In this document: piece by piece, positions 25,332 through 25,679 of the stretch
How positions within the stretch are numbered: position 1 is the stretch's first letter
How the letters are laid out: each line of letters starts with the position of its first letter
Origin: Candidatus Heimdallarchaeota archaeon
GTDB lineage: Archaea; Asgardarchaeota; Heimdallarchaeia; JABLTI01
DNA: 25,679 bases
Reading direction: 5' to 3'
Assembly (NCBI GenBank): GCA_019056785.1
Contig: DXJV01000013.1
Span: 1-25,679, forward strand
Position numbers and translations under genes: made by a program
Notes under the pieces: model-generated
What the model saw: the letters and a program-made list of their open reading frames with translations, nothing else
Database searches by the model: none
What the model was told of the DNA's origin: nothing

Positions 25332-25679
25332 TCATTTGTTCAAAGGATTTGGTCCCAGTTGTTTTAGCTGTTCAACCATTTCAGTGATGGTGTCTGCAAA
25401 CTTGTTGCCTTCACCTGCTGAGATAAACGCAAGACGAAGGCGTTCTTTTTCAATCCCAATACTCTCAAAAAGTTTGTGTATAAGTTCTACGCGTTTTATT
25501 GTTTTATAGTTTTGATTAATGTAGTGGCAATCGCCTGGATGGCATGCTGCAATGAGCACACCATCCGCACCATTTTCTAGAGCATCGATTACAAATTGCG
25601 GGTCAACACGACCTGAACACATCGTGCGAATTATTCTGACATTATGCGGTACTTTTAACCTTGACAATCCTGCCAAGTC
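25332..25679 (-). CDS. mvhD: Hydrogenase [2Fe-2S] subunit MvhD/FlpD; 5' end outside the window, possibly an HdrA fusion
   Basis: DLAGLSR...RIIRTMCSGRVDP...GADGVLIAACHPGDCHY...RLRLAFISAGEG...LGPNP; frame open to the window edge. Confidence 0.92.
   Translation of the reverse strand, partial: DLAGLSRLKVPHNVRIIRTMCSGRVDPQFVIDALENGADGVLIAACHPGDCHYINQNYKTIKRVELIHKLFESIGIEKERLRLAFISAGEGNKFADTITEMVEQLKQLGPNPLNK

Overview
AT-rich archaeal chromosomal segment. The intron-containing tRNA, TATA/BRE-type promoters, TrmB regulator, mvhD-hdrC-hdrB cluster, LVIVD/BspA surface proteins and ~930-aa FtsX-like permeases suggest an Asgard (Heimdallarchaeia-like) genome; this placement is inferred. Contents in order: 3' part of an LVIVD-repeat surface protein, membrane-anchored SAM methyltransferase, decayed ZIP-like transporter, HEAT-repeat protein, ABC operon (permease + 2 ATPases), secreted hypothetical, TrmB regulator, zinc-ribbon membrane protein, truncated copy of the LVIVD gene 3' end, HAD phosphatase, two BspA/DUF285-like pseudogenes flanking a glutaminyl-tRNA synthetase, tRNA-Gln(UUG) with two introns, two tandem FtsX-like permeases, a solitary N6-adenine DNA methyltransferase, and hdrB-hdrC-mvhD. 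The standout is a GlnRS, an enzyme classically considered absent from Archaea. It appears to be a chimera of an archaeal GluRS-type N-terminal domain and a bacterial-type GlnRS core. It lies ~0.8 kb from a doubly intron-split tRNA-Gln carrying both archaeal (A1-U72, A73) and E. coli GlnRS-type (G2-C71, G3-C70, A37) identity elements, making this a candidate direct glutaminylation system in an archaeon.
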